From Acetatifactor sp. (GTDB lineage: Bacteria > Bacillota > Clostridia > Lachnospirales > Lachnospiraceae), in assembly GCA_051880235.1 (NCBI GenBank), contig JBJENO010000036.1:615-64614 (forward strand): a stretch of 64,000 nt of DNA, given 5' to 3'. Shown here in pieces: positions 40,376 to 50,580 of this stretch; the stretch's first letter is position 1; every line of letters starts with the position of its first letter. The position numbers were made by a program, and so were the translations under genes. Under the pieces are notes generated by a model. The model was not told the DNA's origin. It did not search any database and saw only the letters and a program-made list of their open reading frames with translations.

Positions 40376-41172
40376 ACGGACAGATCCTTTTTCTCAAAAA
40401 TCACTGCTGCCGCACAGTACAACAGAACTGCACCCAAAAACAGGACCAACACACCCGCTGTGGCACTGTTTTCGCCTGCAACGATTTCGTCCGGTGCAAA
40501 AAGCGTAAAGAAGGTAAAGTACTTTGCTTTTTCCGCAGAACCACCCACATTGGCCAGCATCCGGATCACATACATCAGCGCCGGGATCCCCGCACCGAAG
40601 CCGATGCTGTACTTTGTATCGGAAAAGGCACAGGAAGCCAGAAAGCAGATGCTGCCGATAAACAGCTGCAGGCACAATAACCCCAGGTTCAGCACCAGAA
40701 GCTTCGACAGCTCCAATTGTCCCGGAAACATGATCTGTACACAGACGGCTTCCAGGCCGGTACTGTACGCAAGAAGGATCCCAATGCCGGAAAGCAGCGC
40801 TGCCATCTGGGTGCATACTATGGTTCTGCGCTTCACCGGCGCTGCCAGGAGAGAAACGATGGATCCCTTATCCACATAGGCAGCCACCAGACCATTCCCT
40901 CGCAGAATGGAGAACACCATAGGGAAGATCAGCAGGATAAAGCCGTACAGATAGGAAACCATAAAGCCCAGCAGATCAGCAGATCCGATTGTCATGCCCA
41001 CCGCCGCCATCAGTTCCGGCATCATCTGAGCAAACCCATCCAGCACCTTCATCATCTCCGGATCGTACATGCTGATGATAATGGAAACATATAAAGTGAT
41101 GATTGCTCCGAAAATCACCAGAAGTTTGATGCTCTTCTTCATCTCTCGCACATACAAAGTCTTATTGATCAT
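40372..41172 (-). CDS. ABC-2 type permease
   Basis: About 6 TM; DKGSIVSLLAAPVKRR; follows an ABC ATPase. Confidence 0.88.
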   Translation of the reverse strand: MINKTLYVREMKKSIKLLVIFGAIITLYVSIIISMYDPEMMKVLDGFAQMMPELMAAVGMTIGSADLLGFMVSYLYGFILLIFPMVFSILRGNGLVAAYVDKGSIVSLLAAPVKRRTIVCTQMAALLSGIGILLAYSTGLEAVCVQIMFPGQLELSKLLVLNLGLLCLQLFIGSICFLASCAFSDTKYSIGFGAGIPALMYVIRMLANVGGSAEKAKYFTFFTLFAPDEIVAGENSATAGVLVLFLGAVLLYCAAAVIFEKKDLSV

Positions 41173-41995
41173 TCTCATCCCCTCCATAATAATGCATAAA
41201 GATCTCCTCTAAGCTCTGCTTGGTAGTGACCGTCACCCGATTGCCCTCACAGACGCCGCCAAAATCCTTTGCAAAGGCCTCGGCCAGCTCAGGAGTATCC
41301 AGAGTTACCGTATAGGGACGTACATATTGCTCCCGCAGCGTTTCCACGCTGTCCAGCGCCACCAGTTTACCGGCACGAATTATTCCGATGCGATGACAGG
41401 TGCGCTCCACTTCTTCAAACATATGACTGGACATCAGGATCATCTTCTTCCGCTTGCGCTCCTCCTCTACAAGCTCGATGAACCGATTCTGCATCAGAGG
41501 ATCCAATCCGCTGGTGGGCTCATCCAAAATCAATATCTCAGGGTCGTGCATGAAGGCAGCCACGATTCCCAGCTTCTGTTTCATACCCTTGCTCATCTTC
41601 TTGATCTTGCCCCTCGGGTTCAGTTCAAATCGCTCCACCAACTCATTTCTTCTGGAATCAACCGGATTCTTGCGATATTTCCCGACAAAATCCAAAAACT
41701 CTGTTCCGCTCATATCGTCGAAGAAACTGATCTCTCCGGGAATGTACCCCAGGATCTGCTGTATCTTGTCCCGATCCTTCCAACAATCCAGGCCGTTTAT
41801 CGTACACTGCCCTGCTTTCGCCTGCAAAAACCCCATCAGATGCCGGATGGTGGTCGTCTTGCCTGCCCCGTTAGGGCCTAAGAACCCAAAGACCTCACCG
41901 GAATTCACCTGAAAGGATACATCAAAAATCCCTTTCCCGCTGCCATAATCTCTGGTCAAATGGTCCACAATGATGGAACCGTTTTTTTCAGTCAT
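41162..41995 (-). CDS. ABC transporter ATP-binding protein
   Basis: GPNGAGKTT, MSKGMKQK and LDEPTSGLD motifs. Confidence 0.95.
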   Translation of the reverse strand: MTEKNGSIIVDHLTRDYGSGKGIFDVSFQVNSGEVFGFLGPNGAGKTTTIRHLMGFLQAKAGQCTINGLDCWKDRDKIQQILGYIPGEISFFDDMSGTEFLDFVGKYRKNPVDSRRNELVERFELNPRGKIKKMSKGMKQKLGIVAAFMHDPEILILDEPTSGLDPLMQNRFIELVEEERKRKKMILMSSHMFEEVERTCHRIGIIRAGKLVALDSVETLREQYVRPYTVTLDTPELAEAFAKDFGGVCEGNRVTVTTKQSLEEIFMHYYGGDENDQ

Positions 41996-42182
41996 AGCAA
42001 AGTCCCTCTCTTTCTCGTTTTCAATAGAATCCTTTCTACAGATCTATGTTCCCATCGGTAAACTCATCATAACATAAAATCAGGCGGAGGCAATACTCAC
42101 CCCCGCCACTGACACTTTTTTACGCTTAAGTTGCACCAAAACCTCCCGTTTACCACCCGGAAAGCCTTACCAAAGATACTTT

Positions 42183-42656
42183 CTATTTCTCACCGGTCTC
42201 ATCCACACTGATTGTTCTGGTCTTGAACAGTTCCAGATCAGAGTTTAAAATCTTGTCATCAATTTTCCTGCGGCACTTGTATACAAGATACACACAGACA
42301 TACAGGAAGATGACATAAGCGGCAAACCCAATGGTCACATAGAGATTCCTGTCAAACCACCCCAGAAGATAGGAGGCAGCTGTATAGATCGCGGTACAGA
42401 CACCGATACCAATGCATTCTTTTCCCCCGAGATGATCCGCCTCATCAAAGTTCCAGAGGACAAACACCTGAAGATACCCTATGAGATAAGCCAGGAGGAT
42501 CATCTCTGCCATATGAAGGATTTCCGCAACCACACTTCCGGTACAGATCCGATAGATACAATAGAAAAACAAAAGTGCAAAAAAATACAGGCACGCCTTA
42601 AATTCGATCCCTATCTCCTTGGTCAGATATCGCTCCCATAATGATGGTTTCTTCAT
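42183..42656 (-). CDS. DUF3021-like membrane protein (LytTR partner)
   Basis: 4 TM; directly after a stand-alone LytTR gene. Confidence 0.65.
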   Translation of the reverse strand: MKKPSLWERYLTKEIGIEFKACLYFFALLFFYCIYRICTGSVVAEILHMAEMILLAYLIGYLQVFVLWNFDEADHLGGKECIGIGVCTAIYTAASYLLGWFDRNLYVTIGFAAYVIFLYVCVYLVYKCRRKIDDKILNSDLELFKTRTISVDETGEK

Positions 42657-42659
42657 GGT

Positions 42660-43097
42660 TTACTCTCCTCTCAGCAGTTTTCGAAAATCCGATGCGTAGG
42701 TTCTGGAGATGATAATATGCTCTCCGCCCTGCATGGTGGCATCGATTCGGTTCGATGGAAGACTCTTCAACCTCTCCACCCTGTTGACATTGATAATCAT
42801 GGACTTACTGCACCTAAAAAACCTTTCATCGTCTAAAATCAATTCTGCCATAGACAATGAGACATCCATTTGAATCACATGCTCTGAGGTATATGCAAAG
42901 GTCTTCTCATCCACCTTTTCGATGTAAAGAATCTCCTCCGGTTGAAAAATGATCGTTTCCCCGTCGATCTTCCCCACCAGCTTCTTCTCATGTCGCTCCA
43001 TGAAAGCAAGGATCTCTTCCACTTCCGAATTCATTTGTCGGTACTTTAATATCAGTTCATCTTCACCTTCTGAGATCTGATGGACAGAAAAACGCAT
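42660..43097 (-). CDS. Stand-alone LytTR DNA-binding regulator
   Basis: ILYIEKVD, FFRCSKSMIIN and ISRTYA motifs. Confidence 0.92.
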   Translation of the reverse strand: MRFSVHQISEGEDELILKYRQMNSEVEEILAFMERHEKKLVGKIDGETIIFQPEEILYIEKVDEKTFAYTSEHVIQMDVSLSMAELILDDERFFRCSKSMIINVNRVERLKSLPSNRIDATMQGGEHIIISRTYASDFRKLLRGE

Positions 43098-43198
43098 TGG
43101 TTTCCCTCCTCACTTTAATGTGACATTCTTACATAATAGGTCAATTCTTCCTGTACTCTCCCCAAACAAAACATTTCAAGGATCTCTGCACAGGATCA

Positions 43199-43663
43199 CT
43201 ACTCTCTGAATTTCTTCAGTGCCTGCTCCATCTTCCGGTTCTCCGCCTTCTCTTCTGCCCTTCCGATGACGACACTGATTACCGTGCAGACAGCAAAAGA
43301 CACTGTAAAACCGATCCAAGCCTTCACATCACCGATCGGGAACCATGCAAAAAGCACAGCAAATACTACAATCGCCACACAGATACTTCCAAAGAAACAG
43401 ACATTTCGAAGAAGCAGCTGCATATTTTTGACCCATTTATCTGTCAAAAACAAAATCTGAACAATCGTAATCACCAACGCCAGCAAAAGCAGCTGTGCCA
43501 ATGTCTGAATAGAAAGTCCCTGATCTCCCAGAGCAAACAGCGTGGAGAACTCACCGGCTTCTTCCCCCACAACCATTCCAAACACAATAAAGATTGCAAC
43601 GGTAATGCCGTAGGTTGCAAATAGTTGTCCGATATAATCAAAAATCGTCTTCTTGTCTTCCAT
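43199..43663 (-). CDS. DUF3021-like membrane protein (LytTR partner)
   Basis: 4 TM with WFP and a C-terminal MEQAL; coupled to LytTR. Confidence 0.7.
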   Translation of the reverse strand: MEDKKTIFDYIGQLFATYGITVAIFIVFGMVVGEEAGEFSTLFALGDQGLSIQTLAQLLLLALVITIVQILFLTDKWVKNMQLLLRNVCFFGSICVAIVVFAVLFAWFPIGDVKAWIGFTVSFAVCTVISVVIGRAEEKAENRKMEQALKKFRE

Positions 43664-44103
43664 TACTTTACCCCCAAGCGATTTCTCAGTTCCTCCGCAT
43701 ACATACGAGACACGATGATCTGCTCATCATTCACCAACGTCACCCGTATTTTTCGGTTAATGTCTGCCTTCAGGCTCTTAATTTTTCTCAGATTGATAAT
43801 GCACTGCTTGCTGATTCGAATGAAATTCTGCTCCAACAGTTCCTGCTCCACCTCATAAAGCTTCAGATCCGATTCATAAGAGGCATCCTTTGTATAGACA
43901 AAGGTATTTCTCTCTACCGCTTCTATGTATAGAATCTTATCCGTGTCTAACAGAATGATCTCATCCTCTTTTTTCACTGCGATCTGCATATTGATCATCC
44001 GCATCAGTGAGATGATCTTCTCAATATCCTGAGTTAGTCTCGGGGCCTTCACCTCCACCGCGATCTCAGAATATTTCTCATCGATATCCATTGTGATCTT
44101 CAT
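43663..44103 (-). CDS. Stand-alone LytTR DNA-binding regulator
   Basis: ILYIEAV, FIRISKQCIIN and VSRMYA motifs. Confidence 0.92.
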   Translation of the reverse strand: MKITMDIDEKYSEIAVEVKAPRLTQDIEKIISLMRMINMQIAVKKEDEIILLDTDKILYIEAVERNTFVYTKDASYESDLKLYEVEQELLEQNFIRISKQCIINLRKIKSLKADINRKIRVTLVNDEQIIVSRMYAEELRNRLGVK

Positions 44104-44790
44104 CTATTCTAAACCCTTTTTTCGAAAGATTATACCAAACATAAGCAGCAAAACTACTACATTTCCTATAATAACACAATATGCTTCCTGCGTCACATTT
44201 GCAAGCGTCATATCTTCTAAAAGAAGCCTGATTTGCTGGGTAAAGAAGAATTTGGCAAACTTGCTGATCTTGTCATTGAACATTGCCAGCATAGGGGCAA
44301 AAGCAAGCACCATCATCACCGGCATAACCAGAGAGGTGGCTGCCATCTGACCCCCGGCATACATACCGATACAAGCACCGGCAATGATTGAAATCAGGAA
44401 ACCCACACCCATAATGCACAGATACATCCACACCTTATTGCCGGGAAATCCGATCGACATCACTCCCGCGCCAACCATACAAATCATCCACACATAAATA
44501 CCCACTCCCAACAAATACTGCCAGGGTTTCACATTTGCCATCAGCAGCACACGCAGGGTATTCTTTTCCTTTTCCTCGGAGAGAATCGCAGCAACAGAGG
44601 TTAACGGTGCCATACCGATATACATCACCGAAAACAGCTTGGTGAAAAACAACTCCGGCATGCCCTTCATATGGATCGCGTTCTCCATAATCAGTGTCAT
44701 AATGGGAAACAGAATGAATTGGATCAGTATGGTCTTATTTTTTATGGTATCCTTCAACTGTTTCTTTATCACGATCAGACTGTTTCTCAT
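44104..44790 (-). CDS. ABC-2 type permease
   Basis: EEKEKNTLRVLL motif; TM-rich. Confidence 0.88.
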   Translation of the reverse strand: MRNSLIVIKKQLKDTIKNKTILIQFILFPIMTLIMENAIHMKGMPELFFTKLFSVMYIGMAPLTSVAAILSEEKEKNTLRVLLMANVKPWQYLLGVGIYVWMICMVGAGVMSIGFPGNKVWMYLCIMGVGFLISIIAGACIGMYAGGQMAATSLVMPVMMVLAFAPMLAMFNDKISKFAKFFFTQQIRLLLEDMTLANVTQEAYCVIIGNVVVLLLMFGIIFRKKGLE

Positions 44791-45639
44791 TTACGCTTCC
44801 TCCTGCAATTTTCTTTCTGTCAATTCCAAAAATACCGTCTCCAGACTAGGCTCTGAGGAATGGATGGTCTCCACCACTCCTGCCAGAAGCAATGCAGAAA
44901 CCTCTTCTGCAGATGCCGGATTCTGCGGTAAATCTCTATCCTCGCCCGTCGTCAAATGAATCCACAGCTTCTTCTGGTGATTGTATTTGCGGCAGATTTC
45001 TTTCGGGGCTCCTTGCTCCACGATCACACCCTCATTCAGAAGGGCCACTGTATCACAAAGAGTTGCCGCCTCCTCCATATTGTGGGTGGTCAGAAAAATG
45101 GTACAACCCTCCCGCTTTTTTTCCAAGATTAGCTTGTGGATCGTTCTCATAGATCGGGGATCCAAACCGCTGGTCGGCTCATCCAGAAAAATGATTTTGG
45201 GGGAGTGCATAAACACTCGGGCCAGACGTAGTCTGGCCTCCATCCCCTTAGACAGATCAGAAGCAGATCTCTTTGCCGCATCCTTTAGTCCAACATAGTC
45301 CAAAATCTTTGTAACTCTACTGTGAGGAATCCCGTAGATATCCGCAAATATTTTCAGATTATCCGCACAGGACAACCTGTCGTATACCCCAAACTGGTCC
45401 ATCATAATCCCGATTTTTTTCTTATCCTCACCGGTCAGCGCTCCCACGGGTTTCTCCAAGATAGAAACCTCGCCGCTATCGAAAGAAAGCTGGTCTGTCA
45501 GTATCTTGATCAAAGTCGTCTTACCTGCTCCGGAAGGTCCCAGCAAGCCAAAAATCTGCCCATCCTCGATCTCAAAATCGATCCCGCACAATACCTTCTT
45601 TTCATCATAGTTCTTCGTTACACCTTTACACCGTATCAT
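44791..45639 (-). CDS. ABC transporter ATP-binding protein
   Basis: GPSGAGKTT, LSKGM and LDEPTSGLD motifs. Confidence 0.95.
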   Translation of the reverse strand: MIRCKGVTKNYDEKKVLCGIDFEIEDGQIFGLLGPSGAGKTTLIKILTDQLSFDSGEVSILEKPVGALTGEDKKKIGIMMDQFGVYDRLSCADNLKIFADIYGIPHSRVTKILDYVGLKDAAKRSASDLSKGMEARLRLARVFMHSPKIIFLDEPTSGLDPRSMRTIHKLILEKKREGCTIFLTTHNMEEAATLCDTVALLNEGVIVEQGAPKEICRKYNHQKKLWIHLTTGEDRDLPQNPASAEEVSALLLAGVVETIHSSEPSLETVFLELTERKLQEEA

Positions 45640-45711
45640 CTCTTTCCCTCTTCCCTCAAGTGATGAACCAAAGGTAACAGAGATTTCCCCGGAATACAAT
45701 AGAACCGGTCG

Positions 45712-45741
45712 TAAGATGCCGAAAGCGAAACATAAGTTGCC
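45712..45741 (-). promoter_or_regulatory. LytTR-type direct repeat
   Basis: GGCAACTTA-12-GGCATCTTA upstream of the ABC-LytTR operon. Confidence 0.65.
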
Positions 45742-45761
45742 CAAAAACTCTATTACAAAAA

Positions 45762-45801
45762 ATCCACAGCATAGCTGCAAGGCGCAGTCTATACTGTGGA
45801 T
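45762..45801 (-). terminator. Intrinsic terminator
   Basis: ATCCACAG...CTGTGGAT long stem followed by a T-run. Confidence 0.65.
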
Positions 45802-45805
45802 AAAT

Positions 45806-46402
45806 TTAACGAATAATCACGATTAATAACATCATAGAAACGATCAATGCGACAAGCCATACTTTAATAAACCATGGCGGTGTACTGTCTTTTCCCTTCA
45901 CAACATATCTGAAACCGAAAGAAACAACAAGCAGGAGAAACACATCCGCCAGCTTCAAGACTGCAGTCCGAACGTAATTCAGATCCATACAGCCCAATAC
46001 CCCATAGGGATACTGCAGTCCCTCCAGCTGGGACAACCGATCCGTCAGTTCTCGTTCCAGCTTATACTCCGTAATGGTTTTCACCAGACCCTTGATCTGC
46101 ACTCCACCCGGCTGCAGAGACTGGTAGTTCTCATCGAAGTTCTTTTCCAACCATTTCTTGGAGCCCTTGATCAGGTAGCCATACCCGGTCTCATCGTCCA
46201 CTCCCAGATAATAGTAATCCGTCCCAATCGGAATCAGCCCATTGATGGAATGTTCCAGTTCCAATACGCCGCAGGCCTCGTGAATGGTCACGGTATGTAC
46301 GTTCTGCCTGTCCGTCAGTGCGATCATCGCGGTGGCAAAGAGATAAACCAACACGCCAACCCCAAGTATAATCAGTATTCCATTTCGCGCCTTCTCTTTC
46401 AT
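45806..46402 (-). CDS. Hypothetical membrane protein
   Basis: N-terminal TM plus two C-terminal TM; good RBS. Confidence 0.75.
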   Translation of the reverse strand: MKEKARNGILIILGVGVLVYLFATAMIALTDRQNVHTVTIHEACGVLELEHSINGLIPIGTDYYYLGVDDETGYGYLIKGSKKWLEKNFDENYQSLQPGGVQIKGLVKTITEYKLERELTDRLSQLEGLQYPYGVLGCMDLNYVRTAVLKLADVFLLLVVSFGFRYVVKGKDSTPPWFIKVWLVALIVSMMLLIVIIR

Positions 46403-46485
46403 AACTCTCCCTTTCTATAGGTCAAAAGCTTCTTGCCGCAGCCTCTGCACTTTACCTCAAATTGTTCCAAGCAGGTTCATCCTCC

Positions 46486-47178
46486 TTATTCCTCGTAGGG
46501 CAATACTTTCCAACTCCCAGCTTCCGTCACATTGTAATAGGTATCGGTATCCGTGTCCACCAGCAGTACATTGATCCTGCCGCTATCCAGTACCGTACCA
46601 TCAATATAATAGTGAGACTCCCCATCATAGAAGATGTCATGATAGCGCGGGTCCCCGGCAATTTCTGCGGTCCCCACGTGCCCGGCAACGACCTTCATCT
46701 CAATTCCTTCGATTCGTCCTGTCTCGGCAGGGTACTTTCCGACAAAGAGTTCATCTCCGGTTCCCCATTCCCACAGGTCCCCTGCCTCCTCGTCGATTCC
46801 CGCATGGACAAAAATCGTATTTCCCTCTGTGTAATATCTGGGAAGATCTTCCATCCATCGGATGTATTCGTCGTCCGAATCATCATCCTCTCCCAGATTC
46901 TCATCAAAGGTCTTTATCATATGGTTGATGGTGGAATCTCCCAGGAGCACCATCTCCTCGTGATTGCCCATCAGGGCAATCACCTTGTCCGTGCCATACC
47001 GATTCTGAAGCCTGATGATCCGATCCAATACGCCGATGTTGTCTGCTCCCCCGTGGATATAATCCCCCAGAAGGATCAATCTCACATCAGCCTCCTCTAA
47101 ATGCTCCTCCACCAAAGCAAGTGCCTCCTCAAATTCAGCCAGACATCCATGGATATCGCTCATACAGTATATTCTCAT
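46486..47178 (-). CDS. Metallophosphoesterase (PPP/lambda-phosphatase-like)
   Basis: SDIHG, LGDYIHGG, GNHE, FVHAGI and AGH motifs. Confidence 0.92.
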   Translation of the reverse strand: MRIYCMSDIHGCLAEFEEALALVEEHLEEADVRLILLGDYIHGGADNIGVLDRIIRLQNRYGTDKVIALMGNHEEMVLLGDSTINHMIKTFDENLGEDDDSDDEYIRWMEDLPRYYTEGNTIFVHAGIDEEAGDLWEWGTGDELFVGKYPAETGRIEGIEMKVVAGHVGTAEIAGDPRYHDIFYDGESHYYIDGTVLDSGRINVLLVDTDTDTYYNVTEAGSWKVLPYEE

Positions 47179-47295
47179 AGGATTCTCCTTTTCTCATCTA
47201 TTCGTAATCTTTTCTTTTGATCCTTTCAATGGATGCACCTATGTAATTACCACACAAGTAATACTATAGGCGTTTCTTTCCAAATATGCAACCGG

Positions 47296-48696
47296 TTATT
47301 CGATTCTATCTACGATATCGTTTATTGCCTCCTCCGCTTTCATCTCTCCTGTGAGCACCTTAATGATGGGTTCTGCCAGCGTATCCAGGAATTCCACGCA
47401 GTGCTTCGTGGCATAATCTCCCACTTCCCACAGGAACTGATTCCAAATCTCATAGTGGAACATGGTCCCAGCCACGATGTCGTTATCATCATCCTCCTCC
47501 AGGCTGATGCGGGGTACAAAGTACAACTGCATATCTCTCTGGTCTTGTGGAGCTTCATTGCAGGCGGGGAAGATTCTCGCATTGACAAAGTTGAGTACGC
47601 GCAATAACTCATCATGATAATTACTTTTCTCACAAAGCGCTTTCGTTCCTACATAATATAGTTTCATCTCCGCAACGTACTCATAGAAAAACACAACTCC
47701 CTCTATCTCTTCATCGGGGGCATTTGAAGCAGGTACCTTAAACAGAATGAAAGGAGTAGCCTTGTTCTCCTCTCTGGTAAAGACGACCTTCTGACTCTTC
47801 AGATAGTCCTCAAATCCCCGGACGGCAGTAGAACGGTATCGATCTCCTCGAGAGAGCCAATTCTTTGGAGGCGCAGCGCAGAAAGAACTGTGATAGATGG
47901 GGATTCCATCCTTCTTTTCTACCCCTTGAAGCTCCTTCGCATCGGGAATTGCAATGCCTCTGTTTGTAAGCAGTTCCTCCGCCGAATGCTCGTTTGCATA
48001 GATTACGTTCACCCCGATCTCCATGTTCCTGTGGACTTCCGTACCCTCCTCCATACGAACCAGTCTCACAGCCACCCATTCTTCCGAATAAGCCGGAATC
48101 TCTATTCCACAGGGATCATAGTAATAATGATTTTCCCCTTTGTGAACACTGAGGTCTTCCAAGTAGTACAATACCTTCTCCTGATCCTTATCGGAACCTC
48201 TTCCACAGAGAAGGTAAGGCTGCTCTAACCCCTTCAGTAAATGATACAGGTCTCTGATCTCTTGACAGGTGATTCGCTCCAACTCCAGCGCCTGTTTTCT
48301 CTCCTCCAAGAAATGTATCATATACTGCAGGGCCTCCCTGATCTCCTCCTCTGTCGTGAACATCTTTGCCTCGCCGGGCGGCAATGTTTTGGTTAAAGAT
48401 AACACGTGATTCTGGTCAATGCATCCTTCCTCATAGCCAATATCCAGGTGTTCTCTCTTCACCCACTGCTCAACCTTTTCCGGATCAACTTCACCGGACT
48501 CATCCAAGAAATATTTTCCCAGACTATCCCGCTCCTGTGCCAAAAGCTTTAAGAAGTAATCGTTCTCCCTCCTCCAGTCGTCCCAACTGGGGTAGTTGTC
48601 CCGACTCCCTCTGCCCTTCATCCAATACAGGCAAAAATTCCGAAGATGATTCTCGGTGTACGCTTCTCCCAAATACTGCTTCATTTTGTTATCCAT
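47296..48696 (-). CDS. Hypothetical multidomain protein (possible C-terminal YbjN-like domain)
   Basis: 466-aa open frame with RBS; no clear family motif. Confidence 0.7.
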   Translation of the reverse strand: MDNKMKQYLGEAYTENHLRNFCLYWMKGRGSRDNYPSWDDWRRENDYFLKLLAQERDSLGKYFLDESGEVDPEKVEQWVKREHLDIGYEEGCIDQNHVLSLTKTLPPGEAKMFTTEEEIREALQYMIHFLEERKQALELERITCQEIRDLYHLLKGLEQPYLLCGRGSDKDQEKVLYYLEDLSVHKGENHYYYDPCGIEIPAYSEEWVAVRLVRMEEGTEVHRNMEIGVNVIYANEHSAEELLTNRGIAIPDAKELQGVEKKDGIPIYHSSFCAAPPKNWLSRGDRYRSTAVRGFEDYLKSQKVVFTREENKATPFILFKVPASNAPDEEIEGVVFFYEYVAEMKLYYVGTKALCEKSNYHDELLRVLNFVNARIFPACNEAPQDQRDMQLYFVPRISLEEDDDNDIVAGTMFHYEIWNQFLWEVGDYATKHCVEFLDTLAEPIIKVLTGEMKAEEAINDIVDRIE

Positions 48697-48754
48697 AGCT
48701 TATTCCCCTTTTCTATATTTATTGAAGGCGAAAGAACCGGCCCCAGGTTCCGGT

Positions 48755-49480
48755 TCAGCCCCCTGTTTCGTTAGGGGATGAGTAAAACTCTTCTCCTGTA
48801 TCCAAACAAATCGCGGCCAATCGTCCTCCGGGAAAATACGCCCCACAATCAAGAGCAATATGATTATTTCGTCTGAAAATACAGCCGGGATTTGGATTTT
48901 CTGATATCATCTGCGTTGGAGTATGACCAGTCACGACATAGGCATCCTGAAAATACTGCACCCCATACTCAGCACGATCCCATACCAGTTCCTTCAACGA
49001 ATAATCCTCCATTTCTTTTTCCGGAGAGTAATTGCCAAGCCCGGCGTGAACCAGCAAAAACTCTTTCCCATGAACCGTCAGTTCCTCGTAGATGAAAAAA
49101 TCCTTAATAAAGTCAATTACCTCTTGTCTCTCTTCCCGATTCAGTTTGATGAATTCCCGAATCGTTGTCCCACCTCCGTTTTCCTGCCAAGACAACAGAT
49201 TACCAAACAGGTTCTCATCAAGTCTTCCGATAGAGTCTTCCGTAATCTCCTGCATCAGAAATTTAAGACACTCCAGCGCCATAAGCTCATGATTACCCAC
49301 CAGACAGATGACATTCGGCATCTCCATGAGCTTGAAAATCAGCTTGATCGGATGTGGTCCCCGGTCAAGAATGTCTCCCAAAATATATAGCACGTCCTCT
49401 TCTCCCAACTCGATCTCTTCGAGCAATTCCACAAACATATCATATTCCCCATGAATATCTGACATCACATAAGTTGCCAT
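48755..49480 (-). CDS. Metallophosphoesterase (PPP Ser/Thr phosphatase-like)
   Basis: SDIHG, GDILDRG, GNHE, VHAG, GHTP and LDCGA motifs. Confidence 0.93.
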   Translation of the reverse strand: MATYVMSDIHGEYDMFVELLEEIELGEEDVLYILGDILDRGPHPIKLIFKLMEMPNVICLVGNHELMALECLKFLMQEITEDSIGRLDENLFGNLLSWQENGGGTTIREFIKLNREERQEVIDFIKDFFIYEELTVHGKEFLLVHAGLGNYSPEKEMEDYSLKELVWDRAEYGVQYFQDAYVVTGHTPTQMISENPNPGCIFRRNNHIALDCGAYFPGGRLAAICLDTGEEFYSSPNETGG

Positions 49481-49545
49481 ACTATCACCCTCGTCTCGTA
49501 AATGAATCGCCTTTCACTGCTCCAAAACCATGCTTGGAAGCTTCT

Positions 49546-50397
49546 TCACTTCTGTTTTCTGTAGCACGATAAAGACCAGCAATACCCCAACTCAAACCAA
49601 AGATCGTACCTGTCAAATAGGTCCCTCCATTCCTTCCAAAGATATCCTGCTATTTCAGGAAGATACAGCTTTTCCTCCTCTTCTATGATTTTTCTTTTCG
49701 CATCACAAACCATCCCTTCCCATATCGGTCTCACCATATCAATGTCTAAGATCTCAAAAGCCTCTGCATCCCCAAGATACTCTGCATAGGTATCATAACA
49801 CTCATACAGACGGCTCAGGTCTGTCTCAGCTTCACCTCCCATTTCCAGATATTCCTCCCAAGTATTAAACACCAGCGGATCCCACCCTGCACACATACAC
49901 TCTTCTCTTTCTCTTTCGCTAAACTCTCCAAAGCTCATCGCAATAAAATTTTGAAAAAAATCTTCCAGATCATATACACCATATTCCTCAGCCATAAAAT
50001 CGTTCAGGATTGTGGTGTTTGCAAAGATAGATTCCCAGGCTTCCGGCTCAATATCACCTCTTTCCACTTCATACTCTTCGTACCGGAGCAGCATAAAAAG
50101 AGGTCCCTCATAGACCATATCAAAAATATGCTCCGGATTAGACAAGTCCTTCCAACATGTGCTCTCCTCTCCGTATTCCCCTGATGATAAGAACCCCCTC
50201 GTGTACTTATCAGGGTCTACATTCTCCTCAAACAGTACATTACTTATCCCCCCATATTGATTTGAGGAACTATCTGAATAGGAATATTTGTTTCCATTCG
50301 TCAGTATTATGGTGTCGCGCCACATCCCCCATTTTTTCAGAAAACAGATGACCTCAAGTGCCAGAGCTTCGCAGACTTCTTTGGGTGAACTATTCAT
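49546..50397 (-). CDS. Hypothetical acidic protein
   Basis: RBS AGGAGG; 283-aa open frame. Confidence 0.75.
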   Translation of the reverse strand: MNSSPKEVCEALALEVICFLKKWGMWRDTIILTNGNKYSYSDSSSNQYGGISNVLFEENVDPDKYTRGFLSSGEYGEESTCWKDLSNPEHIFDMVYEGPLFMLLRYEEYEVERGDIEPEAWESIFANTTILNDFMAEEYGVYDLEDFFQNFIAMSFGEFSEREREECMCAGWDPLVFNTWEEYLEMGGEAETDLSRLYECYDTYAEYLGDAEAFEILDIDMVRPIWEGMVCDAKRKIIEEEEKLYLPEIAGYLWKEWRDLFDRYDLWFELGYCWSLSCYRKQK

Positions 50398-50495
50398 CGA
50401 CTTTTCCTCCTTTTGCCTGATTTTTTTGCAAAGAAAAAGAACTGCCAGAAGGCAATTCCTTTTCAAAATGATTATTCAAAATTATTATGTAGGTT

Positions 50496-50521
50496 TTCAT
50501 CTTCAAAATTTTGAAGATGAA
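50496..50521. promoter_or_regulatory. Perfect 26-bp palindrome (operator candidate)
   Basis: TTCATCTTCAAAA|TTTTGAAGATGAA. Confidence 0.6.
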
Positions 50522-50580
50522 GCCATTAGGAAGCCATTTGAAACTGTGTTTTTCGGCTTTTTTCTGTCCCCTTTGGAAAG

